NCBI GenBank assembly: GCA_964016885.1
Contig: OZ024740.1
Coordinates: 352,780,001 to 352,844,000 of the forward strand
From: Eledone cirrhosa
Taxonomy: Eukaryota
DNA length: 64,000 nt
Reading direction: 5' to 3'
How positions within the stretch are numbered: the first letter of the stretch is position 1; every line of letters starts with the position of its first letter. Below the pieces are notes generated by a model, which saw only the letters and a list, made by a program, of their open reading frames with translations, ran no database searches and was not told the DNA's origin. Positions 25,398 through 37,613 of this stretch are shown here, in pieces. The position numbers and the translations under genes were made by a program.

Positions 25398-26200
25398 AAT
25401 GGGGTGAATCAGAAGTATCCGGGCAGTCAATGCATTTTTATTGCAAGGCCGGGCCATTCTTTTTTGAAGAAACCATGATGGGTAACAACTATATGGCAAT
25501 GCTCAACAAAGATTTACTGCCAAGTTTTATGAAATGGTCACAGATTCGTGAGATGTGGTTCCAACAAGATGACGCACCTCTTCATTACAGCATTGTTGTG
25601 CGCAACTGGCTTGATGAGCACTTCCTGCACAGCTGGATTGGACACTGTGATCTTATCGAGTATCTTCTTCAGTCTCCTGATCTTACACCTCTTGACTTTT
25701 TTACTTTGGGATGTACTGAAGAATTCAGTCTATGCTGAAAAACTAAGAAATGTTCAGTAGCTTAACCTTTTAGCATTTAGACACTGAATTTTCTCACTCC
25801 TTTCTGTTCAAACCGGCCATAACCAGTTGCTCACATTTATGTTAAGCTATTGTTCTTAACATAAATAATATCAAAATGTCATAGATTCAATATTGTGTGA
25901 AATAAGGCTTTTACCATGAAAATATAATAGTAAATATAGAGTAATGTAATTGCTAAAGGGTTAAAACAAGGATAGTGAATTCTTGTGCAGAAATCAATGT
26001 TGACGTGTGTGTTATTCTGTGCTTAATAGAGATACAATATGTATTGAGGAAGAGGGTCAGCTTTTCAAACACTTACTTTAATTATATATTTTTAACTACT
26101 TTTGTTTGAAGTATTTATAATTTTGTACTGTATGACCAGTATTTTATCATTTGGAATATAGATGTCGGACTACTTAGTTACTCATGGCTCACTCGGCATA
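25398..26200 (+). mobile_element. Tc1/mariner D,D41D (rosa-like) relic interrupted by a MITE
   Basis: GPFFFEE..WFQQDDAPLH..SWIGH..SPDLTPLDFF, with 41 residues between the last two Asp. The coding trace resumes after the MITE as LKTRIVNSCAEI..CIEEEGQLFKHLL. Confidence 0.75.
25762..25964. mobile_element. piggyBac-like MITE, copy 2, nested in the D41D transposase
   Basis: TTAA at 25762-25765 and 25961-25964. Removing the MITE and one TTAA restores the transposase reading frame. Confidence 0.85.
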
Positions 26201-26348
26201 TACATGTCCTATATATATACATGCATTTACTTGTCTGTTTATGTGGGTGGATGGATATATGCTTAATTAAGCATATATTCATCCAACCACGTGAACAGAC
26301 ATGTAAATGCATGTTATACATGTATGTATGTATATATAGGGGAACATT

Positions 26349-26532
26349 GGTGGATTGGCAGTATCGGTAGAGGGTCGGACGCCATGCTTTCCAGCATAGT
26401 TACGTCCCTTTACGATCTGAGTTCAAATCCCGCCGAGGTTGACTTTGCCTTTCATCCTTACGGGGTCGATAAAATAAAGTACCAGTAATGCACTGGGTAA
26501 TTACTGGCCTTGTGCCTAAAGTAGAAACAATT
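26349..26532 (+). mobile_element. Young tRNA-derived SINE (short subfamily)
   Basis: Near-identical reverse complement of 2309-2488, ending in (AT)n. Confidence 0.9.
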
Positions 26533-27264
26533 ATATATATATATATATATATATATCATCATATGTCCGCTTTCCCTGCTTGCAAGGAACACGTGTGTGT
26601 GTTTGTACGTGTACGTGTGTGTGTGTGTGTGTGTGTATGTGTGTATGTATATATATATATATATCATTATGGCTTAATGGTTAGAATGTTATATTCATGA
26701 TCATAAAATCATGGGTTTGGTTCCTGGACCAGGTGGCGATTTGTTTTTGAGCAACACACTTCCTTTCATGTTGCTTTTCATGATACGATTGGGGCCTTCT
26801 ATCATTAAAACACCCAAGAAAACTCCTATGGAATGCAAACTTGTTGGAGGTCAGCTAAATGGGCATAGGTGTGAGCTAAAAGGTTCATTTTCATTTTATC
26901 ATCATCATAATTTACCTAGTAGCAAAAGTTGGACGAGTCATTAAAGGAATCAACTAGAGCTATACTAACTTCTTAGACAGGCTAGGAGCTTGTCTTGCTT
27001 ACAAATGTTCATGCACTCTACCAAGCGCTCAAATGGGCTTGGGGCCTGCATCTCACATATGTTCCCATGCTCTAATGAGTGCATTTTATTGTGACAGTAG
27101 CATAAGGAGGTTCTCCTATGTTTGAAACAACTAAAGAGTCCTCCCAATCCTTTGTTTGGCAGGGTTTCTATCACTGGATGCCCTTCCTATCAGCGACCAC
27201 TTTACAACGTGTACAGGTTGTATTTATCACATAGATCAACAACACTAAGGAGGATGATGATGAT

Positions 27265-27580
27265 CATCATTTTACATCCGCTTTTCCCTGCTTGCAAGGG
27301 TGGGACGGGTTCTATTCAGCACAGCATCTCTCCACTTGTCACAGTCCTTTGTCATTTCCTCCGTGAGCTTCAGCGATCTGAGGTCTACCCTCACCACCTC
27401 CGCCCATGTTTTTCGTGGTCTTCCTCTACTGTGTCTTCCTTCTACTGGGATTTCTTGGCACTTCATTACTCAGCGGTCATCCTTCATGCGCATCACATGT
27501 CCATACTATCTCAGTCTTCTCTCCCGCACACCACAACTTATCCCTCTTGTACACAGTTTCTCTCTCAACTCATCTATGCT
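27265..27580 (-). mobile_element. 3' fragment of an RTE LINE
   Basis: KCQEIPVEGRHSRGRPRKTWAEVVRVDL plus a (CAT)n tail; closely matches 47793-48305. Confidence 0.8.
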
Positions 27581-30329
27581 ATATACAATTTTCTTTATTC
27601 ATGTGAAATTTTTTCTTGGTTCAGTTGTTTTTATGGCTATTGCTAACCACTTGACTGTAATTTGTTAGTGGAACAACTTGTTTTCATGTAAATTTCAAAA
27701 AAAAGCAGAATTATGTGCATTGTTTATAGATGCTGTTGTAGGATTCCACATGGCCACTTATTCATTACTCTAACACTTTAATCTTTTTGTTCTTTTTGAA
27801 ATATAAAAAAATTATATTTTGTGTGTGTATGTATATGTATGTTTACTTGTATGTGTATCACTATCATCAGTTTTACATTTTTGTTTCCTTGGTGGAATAG
27901 GTTGTGTGTGTGTATGTGTGTGTCAATATCTGTTTTCCATGTTATAAGTTGAACTTGCATGTGTGTGTGTGAGAGATCATTATTTCCATTCTGCATAGCT
28001 TGGATATATGCATGTGTATATTATAGGTTCATTATCCTTACGGGGTCGATAAAATAAAAGTACCAGTAATGCACTGGGTAATTGCTGGCCTTGTGCCTAA
28101 AGTAGAAACAATTATTTTCATTATCATCGCCATCATCATCATTTTATGCCTTCTTTTTCATGCTTGCATTGTTATATTATATATATATATCATAGGCTAT
28201 ACAAAAATCAACATTTCCCATTTATTATTGAGTTTTGACCTCAGAGTCAACAATTCTGGAATTAGAGATAGTGAGTAGACAGGAGTGGTAGGACAGCAAT
28301 TTCAGTACTTCACTTATAAGAATCGCCTCTTTGTTTTGAATTCAAATCCCTCTGATGTTGACTTTGTTTTCATCCTTCCTGATTCTGTAAGTATTATGAA
28401 ATACACTTAGATTATCTGTTCAATTGGTTACACATCTCGTTAGCAATCCTCACTGAAAAATAAGATTGATGCCTATATTAAGTAATCAATAATTATGAAA
28501 TTATCAAGAAAAAGGAGATAACTGGCCACTTTATTTTCCATAACCTTCTGTCTTTTCTCTTGTATTACATACTAAATGTTAGACTAAATGTTTTTAAAGC
28601 TTGTTTTATCTCTGTGTTTGATTTGGAGGAGTTTATAGTTCAGTGACTTAAGGAGAAGGTGGAGTATGGCCTATTACATATAATGGGGTTGTAGTTTTAT
28701 TATACAAAAACTACATAATATGACAGCTGCAGCTTGATAACAACTGTCTTCCCCATTTGGTGGCTGGTACAGTCTGTTGTTGATTTATGGAATATAGGGA
28801 TGTAGGCAGGAGGTTGGTTTAGGAGGGGTTATGAGTACAGGTCAGTGGTTGGTTTAGGGTATTTTCTGAGTGTTTCATTTATGGGTTAAGGCAATCAATG
28901 ATCTTATTTACACACACACACACACATTCTTATATACACAAAATAGGAGCATGCTTATATTCTTTTACTGCTTTCAATCTTGGACTATGGCTATGCTCGA
29001 TATGAGGCTATAATTTTCCACAACATTTCTTTTCACATGATCCTTTTGGGGTTAATACTGTCTCTCCTTTGGGATCTCCACACCATTGCTAATCATATTG
29101 TTCATTTGCAAAGCTATTCCCTCATGTAATGCAATCAAGTTTGCTTTGTTTTGAGACCTACTTTTCTCCTAATATAAAGGGTGCATGCTTTGATTAGGTT
29201 GTTTGTTGCTGTTATATTATTTGACTATATTTCAGATAACACTCCATTCACCTGTTTCGTAGATTTCTTAAATAGACTGATGTCAACTCTCTTAAACCCT
29301 TTATTTTCATTATTGTCTTTCAAACTTCTGGAGTTGATAACACAAAGTACCAGCCAAATACTGGGGTTGATTTAATTGACTTTCCCCTCCCCTCAAATTG
29401 TTGGCCTTATCTTATTATTATTATTATTGCACTTGCAGGCAACCAAAAACCAAAGAACATCAACCACATATATTTTTTAAAACATTGAATTCAAAAGTAA
29501 TAGTTAACTCTAATGATAAGAAATGTTGATTTAAATACATTTATGATAATTTTATATATAAAAAAAAACAAAAAAACATCCCTGGTGATATTAATTTTAG
29601 AATAAATATTTTTACTAGTGCATTTTTGGCTTAATTAACCTTACACAGACAGACTACTTCACCTGCAAAAAATAGGAGCCAAATTTCCCTCAAGTTATGT
29701 TTTACCATCTTAAAAAAAAATGCATTGGAGTATAGTCCTAGTTATAGTTATACAATACTTGATATATCAGATGGTTATACATTGAAATACTTTTGATGAT
29801 AGGTCAGTTTGATCAGGGCAAACCTGGGTCTAAACAATTAATTTTCTCTTTGAACAAATCTATTTTACCATACAACATGGTATCTCTTTCACAGTGTTCA
29901 CTACTATGGCTTGCTATTTTTTTATATTCATTCAGTAATTAGAAATTATATTTAGTTGTAAAAAAAAAGAAGAAATAATCAATCATTTTAATTAATTTAG
30001 TGTCTATTTTGGTTCATTTTTCTGAAATGTAATTATAGTGATTATGTGTGCATACAAAATGTATTTTATTGAAATATTATTAATAAAATGCAATGACTGC
30101 TAGGTTAAGCTGGGCAACTGATAATGTACTACCATTCACTTTAGCCATTGTGTCGGGCTACTGAGCTAGACACATAAGTCTGATTTCTCCTGTTTATCTA
30201 ACCCCACACTCTAAATTCCTTCTAACCATTAACTCATTTTCTGCTTCATTTTAAAAATATTGCAGACCGCTTCCTCTATGAACTAATTCTGGTTAAAATT
30301 AAATATAATCCTTAGCCCTTATGACTTTT

Positions 30330-32405
30330 TGAAGCTCTGGGAGTGTTTGAGATTTGAAAATGTGGGAGTTCTAAACTCTCATGTGGAAAGGAACAGCGAT
30401 CTTGATTTAAATGCAAATGGAGAGGCTTCGTTAGGCTTCTGTTCTAGTAATGGGTTCTCTATTATGAATACCATCTTCCAGCACAAAGACATCTATAAAT
30501 GCACATGGTTTAGGGGGAACTGGGGACAGAGGTCAATAATTGATTTTGTTATTGTTTCTGATCACTTTGATTCTGTGCTGGATGTTCATGTTAAGAGAGA
30601 GACTGAGCTGTTAATTGATTCCCATCTAGTTATCTGCAAGTTAACACTACCTAAAGCCAAGAGAGCCCACAAAAAATGCAGGTGAAGCTCAACCTACAGG
30701 ATAAAGTGGAAGGCACTGCTAGATATGGAAGTCAGAAATAGGTTTGCGGATATTATTGCAGGAACTCCCTGGGCAAACTGAGGTTGTTGAAACGGAGTGG
30801 AGACAGTTCAGCTTGGCAGTTCTGCTTCAGATGTTAAATGCTGTGGGTGAAAGTGGCTTGGTGTGGTTCAATCAAGAGATCAAAGATGCCATCCAAGCAA
30901 AGAAGGAGGCTTACAAAGCTTGGCTTGGAAATAAGTCCACCTTCTTGCACTTTTAGTACAAGCAGGCATAAAAAGTCATAGCAGAGACAATAAAGGGATC
31001 TCAAGTTAAGACACAGGAGGACTTTAGGTTTAAGCTAGAATCCGACTTCAGATCAGTAAATAAAGTGTTCTGGTAGACCACCTGCCAAATTCGTAATAAG
31101 AAGTCCACTGCCATGCCTACTGTTAGGAAGGTGTCTGGGGTTCTCCTCTCTTCAGAAAAGTTCTTCCTCGTGGGGTGGAGAAAATACTTTGTTGATCTCC
31201 TAAACCTGGTTACAACAGCATACTGATGTATACGAGGTGCATCTGGGAGTGATGACTAACTTCTCAGAAGCTGAGGTCACAAGAGCAATTAATGAGCTCA
31301 AATGTGGCAAGGCCACTGGGGAGGATGAAATTCACCAAAGATGTTAAAAACCATACATAAAGAAGGTATTCTCTGGGTGACTCATTTGTGCTGGGTGGCC
31401 TGGTTCTCTGAAAAAAACACTTCAGTAATAGCAATTGGAGGTGATAATCCCAATTTTCAAAAAGGGAGATACGAGAGATTACTCTAACTATCGAGGGACC
31501 TCCTTGTTAAGCCTCCCTGGTAAAGTCTATGCTAAGTATCTTGCAAAGAGATGAAGAGAGATTGTCAAGTCCAAGCCAGCTGATGAACAGTATGGTTTTC
31601 GCCCTGGATGCAATGCAGCCAACCAAATATTGACATTGCAGCAGGTTTTTGAGAAATCATGGGAGTATTGCCAAGAGGTGTATGCTTGTTTTGGAAAGGA
31701 ATGAAAATCTGTGCTGCATAGACTGAGACACTTGTCTTCTAAAGGAAATATCTGCAGTGCACTCTTCATAAGTTCCATTGAAGCAGGTAGAGAAATTCAA
31801 GTATCTTGGAGTTGTGTTCACGGGTGATGGAAGGCATGAGGCTGACTTGAGTGTAAGTATTGCAGGAGCTGGTGCAGTAATGCTCCATCTTTAGCAGTTA
31901 GTCATCAGAAGAAGGGAGGTAGGTGTAAAAGCCAAACTCTCTATCTTCAATTTGGTATTTGTGCCAACTCTTACCTATGGTCATGAATCTCAGGTAATGG
32001 CTGGAAGAATACGATTGTGAATACAAACGGCAAAAATAGGGCTCCTCTGAAGGGTCTTTGGAGTAATGTTACTTAATAAAGTGTGTAACTCAGAGATCAG
32101 AGAGTTGCTGCAGGTAAAGCTGCTACTTCTCGATATTGAGAGATCACAGCTCTGAAGCTATAGACTTGTTAGAATATTTCAGGAAAGAATCACATAACAT
32201 ATTTTACTGGCAAAAGCCAACTGGCAGGAGACTCAGGGTTATACACTGAGCAAGATGGTTGGATAACATCCATGAGCTCGGCTGGTCTCACTTGGGGATC
32301 CAGCCTGATCAATTGGAGACAGCTGCTTGTGACAGAACCCTCTGGACAGCGTGGTTGAGGTCTCTGCCCTCAGGACCCTCTCAGGAATGAGTGGACGATG
32401 AAGAG
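30330..32405 (+). mobile_element. Old degenerate RTE (Expander/Rex3-like) LINE with internal deletion
   Basis: NTIFQHKDIYKCTW..QRSIIDFVIVS..DSHLV (APE end), IFKKGD..NYRGTSLLSLPGKVYAK, EQYGFRPG, FKYLGVVF and FVPTLTYGHE. Many stops; the central RT is missing near 31700-31780. Confidence 0.75.
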
Positions 32406-32571
32406 AGTTCCAAATGCAGAAAATGACTGTAATAACAGTTGATCACTATAGATAATTGTTGAGATAATGAGGTAAATAGCCCTCTGTCTCTAAGGGTAAT
32501 TTACCCAATTTTCTCAACTAATATCTATAGTGATCAACTGTTATTATAGTCATTTTTTGTATTGGACACTC
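32403..32571. repeat. ~170-bp foldback palindrome (MITE-like)
   Basis: Arms of ~80 bp around a short loop. 32430-32454 is the exact reverse complement of 32522-32546. Confidence 0.85.
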
Positions 32572-32665
32572 ACACTTTCAAATATGGTCATTAGAATTTT
32601 AGGAAATCAATGGTAGTTTGCATTTGTCAATTGGGTAAACAGATTTTAATTCAAATTGGAAACCT

Positions 32666-32871
32666 TTAATCCTTTAGCATTTAAACCAGTCATATCCGAC
32701 CAGAATTCTCTCACCTTTTTCTGTTAGAACTGGCTGTAACTGGCCACTCATATTGATGTTAAGTTATTGTTCTCAAAATAAATAATTTCAGTGAGATAAT
32801 TATACGGGGTAAAGACTTTACCATGAGAATATAATAGTAAATATAGAGTAATGTAAATGCTAAAAGGTTAA
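32666..32871. mobile_element. piggyBac-like MITE, copy 3
   Basis: TTAATCCTTTAGCATT ... AATGCTAAAAGGTTAA, with the same internal sequence as the other copies. Confidence 0.8.
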
Positions 32872-34354
32872 AATGGGTGACTTTATTTAATAGAATTAGA
32901 GCCAATTTTGGTTGGATTAATAAGGAAAGGGTTGAATTGAATTGTTTTCAAAGTCTTTTGTATTATCTCATTATTGTATTTATTTTAATTTTCATAAAAG
33001 TGTAAATATTAAACAAACAAAATAAAAAAAAGAAAGAAAACAAAATGGAATCATTAAGGCACAGTAGAAAGTGGCTGGTTTCAAAGGCCAGTGGTGTGAG
33101 CAATCAGACAAAGTAATCTGATAGGTGGTGATCGAAAATGGGACATATACTCTGAGAGATGACCTTCACAATTGGAATGTGGGCTGTTGTACTGTGGGTG
33201 GCAGAGTCAACAGAGATTAGATAGATAACTTGAAAACTCTGATCATGTTTTGGTTTCTTTTTACAGTTTAAATTAATGTAATCATTGATATGATGTGATT
33301 GTTGAAGTGATGAGGTGTTTGTTGAAGTGATGAGGTGATCATTGAAGAAGTGATAAGGTAGCCTTGCATAATCTATGTGTGAATCCCATAGCTTATTGAG
33401 GCAATTATGACCACCACTATACGAGGATGTTATCTTAATGTAGTGATATATAGGGTAAGTGAAACAATTGAGTTTGCGAAACACAGTAAAGAAACATTTA
33501 TCAATTACTCAGAGTTCCTGCTATTTACAACAGTGAGTTGTATCCTTACCTGTTACCTATTCAAATAGTTAGGTCAAATTGTTATCTGTTACCTGTTTAG
33601 CAGGTAGGTCAAATTTGAGAGTTAAGATGAAAATAGTTTCTAGAAAGGGCAAGTTAGTGATTGTATTAATATGAATCATTGTTTCTTTTGCCATAGAGAC
33701 AGTGCAGTGCTGGCAGGATATAGACTTTCAACCCTTCAGTTAGCAGTACTTCACTGGTCTTTTTGCATTTTGGGCTGCATTTGAAAGTTGTTTAGAATTA
33801 ATAGTTTTATTCAAAATGAAGGATATTCCTTTTTGAATTTCCACAAGATGTTTTTATTTTATTTTATAAGTTGTAAATAAGCAGAGAGCTGTAATGTTTT
33901 TAGGTCCCTATCTCACTGCCAGATATGCCCCCTTTCATTTCCCTACCTCATTATCTAACATCGCTCCCCCTCACACAAATGAGCTGCCACCTTAGTCTGG
34001 TTTTTATTTTATATACACTGGAAAGATAAAAAGTACAATTGATTCTGATGGGATTTGAACTCAGAATGTAATATGACAAATCTAGATACTCTAAGCCATT
34101 TTAAAAATTAATTTAGTCTATTAATTCTACTACTCCACCAAAGAGCAATACATTCTTATTTTGGCACATGGCCACTTGAACCTCACTATGTTACTGATAT
34201 AGTTTATTGTACTGAGAGTTGAAAAGGAAAAGTCAACCTCAGTGGTATTTGAACTAAGAACATGAAAGGATGTTAATTAAATGCAGAAATACATCTAGGT
34301 TGGCACTCTACTATTTTTGTCACTCAACAGTTACTGATGTTGTTATTATTATTG

Positions 34355-35580
34355 GTCTAAGCGGACGTATTTTGCTCGCTCACAGTAAGTCGCTTTATTT
34401 GCCTGTTAAAATTATTTGTTGTTAAATATTTCTTGTTATGTAAGGGATATAAGCCCTTAGACTTTGCCCCGTGAAGGGGAAAGTATAATATTTGGGCCTT
34501 TTGGCCCAAATATTTGAACTTTTTTTTACATGTTAAAAAATTTATGAAGAAAAAAAAACATGGCTGAGCCACGCCCCCCAGTGATATGTCGGCTGTCGTG
34601 CGACAACGACGTAGAAGTTGAGAGGAGCGCTACAGCGAAATTAACACACATTGATAACACAAACACCACCACAAACAAGGTAAACAAAGACACCAATGAT
34701 ACCAATAAGAACTCTAATTTTGAAAAAAATGACAGTAACAGCGACAACGAAAATACAGATAACAAAAAAGAAAATAACAAATACAACAACAATATCAACA
34801 CCACTAACATGAAAACAAATAGCGACAACACCAACAGCAACAATACCAACTGCACCGAGAACAACGGTGGCAACAAAGACAATGATAACAGCGACAGTGC
34901 TAACAACAACACCAACAAGAACAACGTCAACAACACCCCCAACGAAAACAAGAACACTTTCGCTGCGGCAGCAGCAAAAAAGAGGCCATGCTTCAACATG
35001 GACCTCTCAAACAAAGATGAAAAGTTGGCCCAGGCATGGAAGCTCATCAAGCAAGAGCAAACTTGGGCCAACTTAACTGTCCCGGTAGAAGCTATTGAGG
35101 CAGTGGAGCGCAGAACAGTGCATTATAGATGCATCTCAGCACAAACCAAAAGAGCAGCTTTAATCCCACAAGAAGATGTCGAAGTCGCGCTGAGGTGCAT
35201 CAGAGAAGACACCCAGTACATAGAGAGGGGCAGACAGTATGGCACCATTTCGGTGTTGTTCAAGTCAGAAGTCCTCGCTATGAAACACGCTATGACTCCT
35301 TACAAAACCAGCAAGGTCATAATGTACCCCTCCCACATGGGAAAAAGAACGGCCCGTCTCCCATTCCCAGAATCCCACCAGGACTTGACATGTGGTGGCT
35401 TCTGGGATGTGTGATTGTGGAGGGGACGGATACAGTCCCTATAGAAGTGACCAGAACGGCCAGAGAGGACTGGTCCGGGGTTGACCTGGAGATCCTTCTC
35501 CAGATCAGGCCCGAGAATGTGAAGACAATCCCGGACCACATCCACCTTCAGAATGGGACGGTCATTCACATTATGACCGA
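34355..35580 (+). mobile_element. 5' UTR plus ORF1/gag-like fragment of a LINE (probably Tx1/L1-like), 3'-truncated
   Basis: ORF 34560-35414 has an Asn/Thr/Asp-rich tract, then TFAAAAAKK, then an RRM-like region (GRQYGTISVLF). It continues after a frameshift as RIPPGLDMWWLLG..IPDHIHLQNGTVIHIM. CpG-retaining, abrupt edges, no splice sites linking it to the host gene. Confidence 0.55.
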
Positions 35581-36454
35581 TGTTTCTAACGTAGGCATAA
35601 AGCCAGAAATTTTGACCTTATTATTTGGTACTTTATTCTTGGAGGGATTTGAAACAGGAATATATTGATCTGGAATTAAAAACTAAAGTGTTTTGTCTGA
35701 CATCCCAACAACTTTTCTGATCTACTGCCCTTGCTAATCAAAATAAGAATATCTAAATTCTACACAAGGCCATACATTTTTTTTTATAGCTGAGGTTGTT
35801 CAAATTGATCCTCAGTACTTGATTGGTACATATTGTATTGATTGCCAGAATTCATCATCATCATTTTATGTGTGCTTTCCATGTTAGCATGGGTTGGATG
35901 TGTTGTTGCAGTCAGAGTTGGTTTTTATTCAAAGGTATTGATCTTTCTAGATGGTTGGAGGAGAATGTCTTCTTTGTATGTTCCATTTTGGCTTGCTTCT
36001 ATGGTTGGATGCATCAACCATTGTACTGGGTACATTTTATCATAGCACCAGTACTAGACAAGTTGCTTTGTCCCTTGCAAGACTATAGAATCCTCTCTTA
36101 TTCTGTTATCTTCATGGCTAATGTGACCCAGATGGTGAATAGAAGAGAGAATAACAACCAATTGGATGAAAGAAGAGTGTGAGTGTGATGGTGGAAACAG
36201 TGATAAGAGTAGTTGTATGGTTGGGGAGGGAGTAATGGAAGAGATATGATGATAGCTATATCTTGATTATAGAGTTCTTTGTGATGTCATCCATGAGGTT
36301 CAACTTAAAATTAGTCTTCATTACTTCACCTCTATGCATTCCTATGTCTCCTGCAGGTTCCCAACTCTGAAAGGCAAAGTTAAGTTTGGTGAAAATTGAA
36401 CTGAAAGTATATGACTCTTATAGTAATATTTATTTTTGAAGATTCAGTTTAAGA

Positions 36455-36654
36455 NNNNNNNNNNNNNNNNNNNNNNNNNNNNNNNNNNNNNNNNNNNNNN
36501 NNNNNNNNNNNNNNNNNNNNNNNNNNNNNNNNNNNNNNNNNNNNNNNNNNNNNNNNNNNNNNNNNNNNNNNNNNNNNNNNNNNNNNNNNNNNNNNNNNNN
36601 NNNNNNNNNNNNNNNNNNNNNNNNNNNNNNNNNNNNNNNNNNNNNNNNNNNNNN
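36455..36654. other. Assembly gap (200 N)
   Basis: A run of exactly 200 N; the round size suggests a scaffolding spacer of unknown true length. Confidence 0.98.
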
Positions 36655-37437
36655 CAGAGGCTGTTGTAGCACCTGTTGCTGACTGTTCTCCATGGCAATG
36701 GTTTGGCCATCTTGTCTGCGGGGACAACTTAGATATATCACCTAGACTGGGGTATATAGTCTGCTGACCCCACCCCCTCTCTCTTTACATTCATTATTTC
36801 ATTTTTTCTTTCTTTTTTACATTGCAAACATTATATAATTTAATTAAAATTTGTTGGATAAATACCATACGTGTTCAGTCGAACTTAGATTAGTCTCCAA
36901 CAAAAATTTTGTTTGATGCTGTATTGATTTTGCCATCCATCAAAGGAAGGAATGGTGCCTAACACTTTTACAGGCCCTCTCAGGCTGGTGAGATTGATGC
37001 AGCTGATGACCAATCTGGTGGGAGAGAACCAATAGATTTGGTCCTAATGCTGGAAAAAAGTAATTGTTAAAGCATCAAATGAGATTCCTTGTGGTGTCTG
37101 TTAGGGTTAATAGAAAAGCAGTGACACTTCTGCCAGGAGCTGTGACCAACAGTATCAGCAATGGAAAGACCAATGGAAACATACTTTCTTTAGTCCAATC
37201 TGAAGAATCAACCCCTTTCTTCTTTCTTTCTCTTTTTTTTTTTTTTTTTTTTTTAGAAAAAAGAAAAATACAAAATATTATCATCAATGTATAAAAATTG
37301 AACTGTCATCAAAAACCAACTGTTAGAAGCAGTCTATTACCTTGTTAGTCTAATAGTATTTATTAACCATATGCTACTAAGATTTACTTATTTATGTTTG
37401 TGTCTGTTGCTAACTTCCATTTTTTCTTCTTCCTTAG

Positions 37438-37613
37438 CCTTTTGACAAATTATGGAAGGAACGACCAGACTTTCACCAAGTCTTGCACCCAATAGAAGGT
37501 GACATTATGGAAGAGAAGTTGGGACTAAGAGATAGAGATCGTAAACTGCTGTCTGAAGAAGTAGAGATTGTTTTTCACAGTGCAGCAACAATTAGATTTG
37601 ATGAACATATCAG
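37438..37613 (+). CDS. FAR1: Fatty acyl-CoA reductase (FAR1/FAR2-like), internal coding exon A (176 nt)
   Basis: Polypyrimidine tract TTTTTTCTTCTTCCTTAG acceptor and AG|GTAAGA donor. Translates PFDKLWKERPDFHQVLHPIEGDIMEEKLGLRDRDRKLLSEEVEIVFHSAATIRFDEHI(R), the typical FAR GD..LGL..FHxAATxRF segment. Confidence 0.92.

Noticed and set aside
26349-26430. tRNA-like A and B boxes
   Set aside because: These are SINE heads continuing into the SINE core and tail. No complete cloverleaf is evident, so they are not called tRNA genes.
34526-35071. 181-aa very hydrophobic - strand ORF resembling a membrane protein
   Set aside because: It is the reverse complement of the AAC-rich Asn tract (GTT/TTG codons give Val and Leu).
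36430-36741. ORFs spanning X residues
   Set aside because: Artefacts of translating through the N gap.
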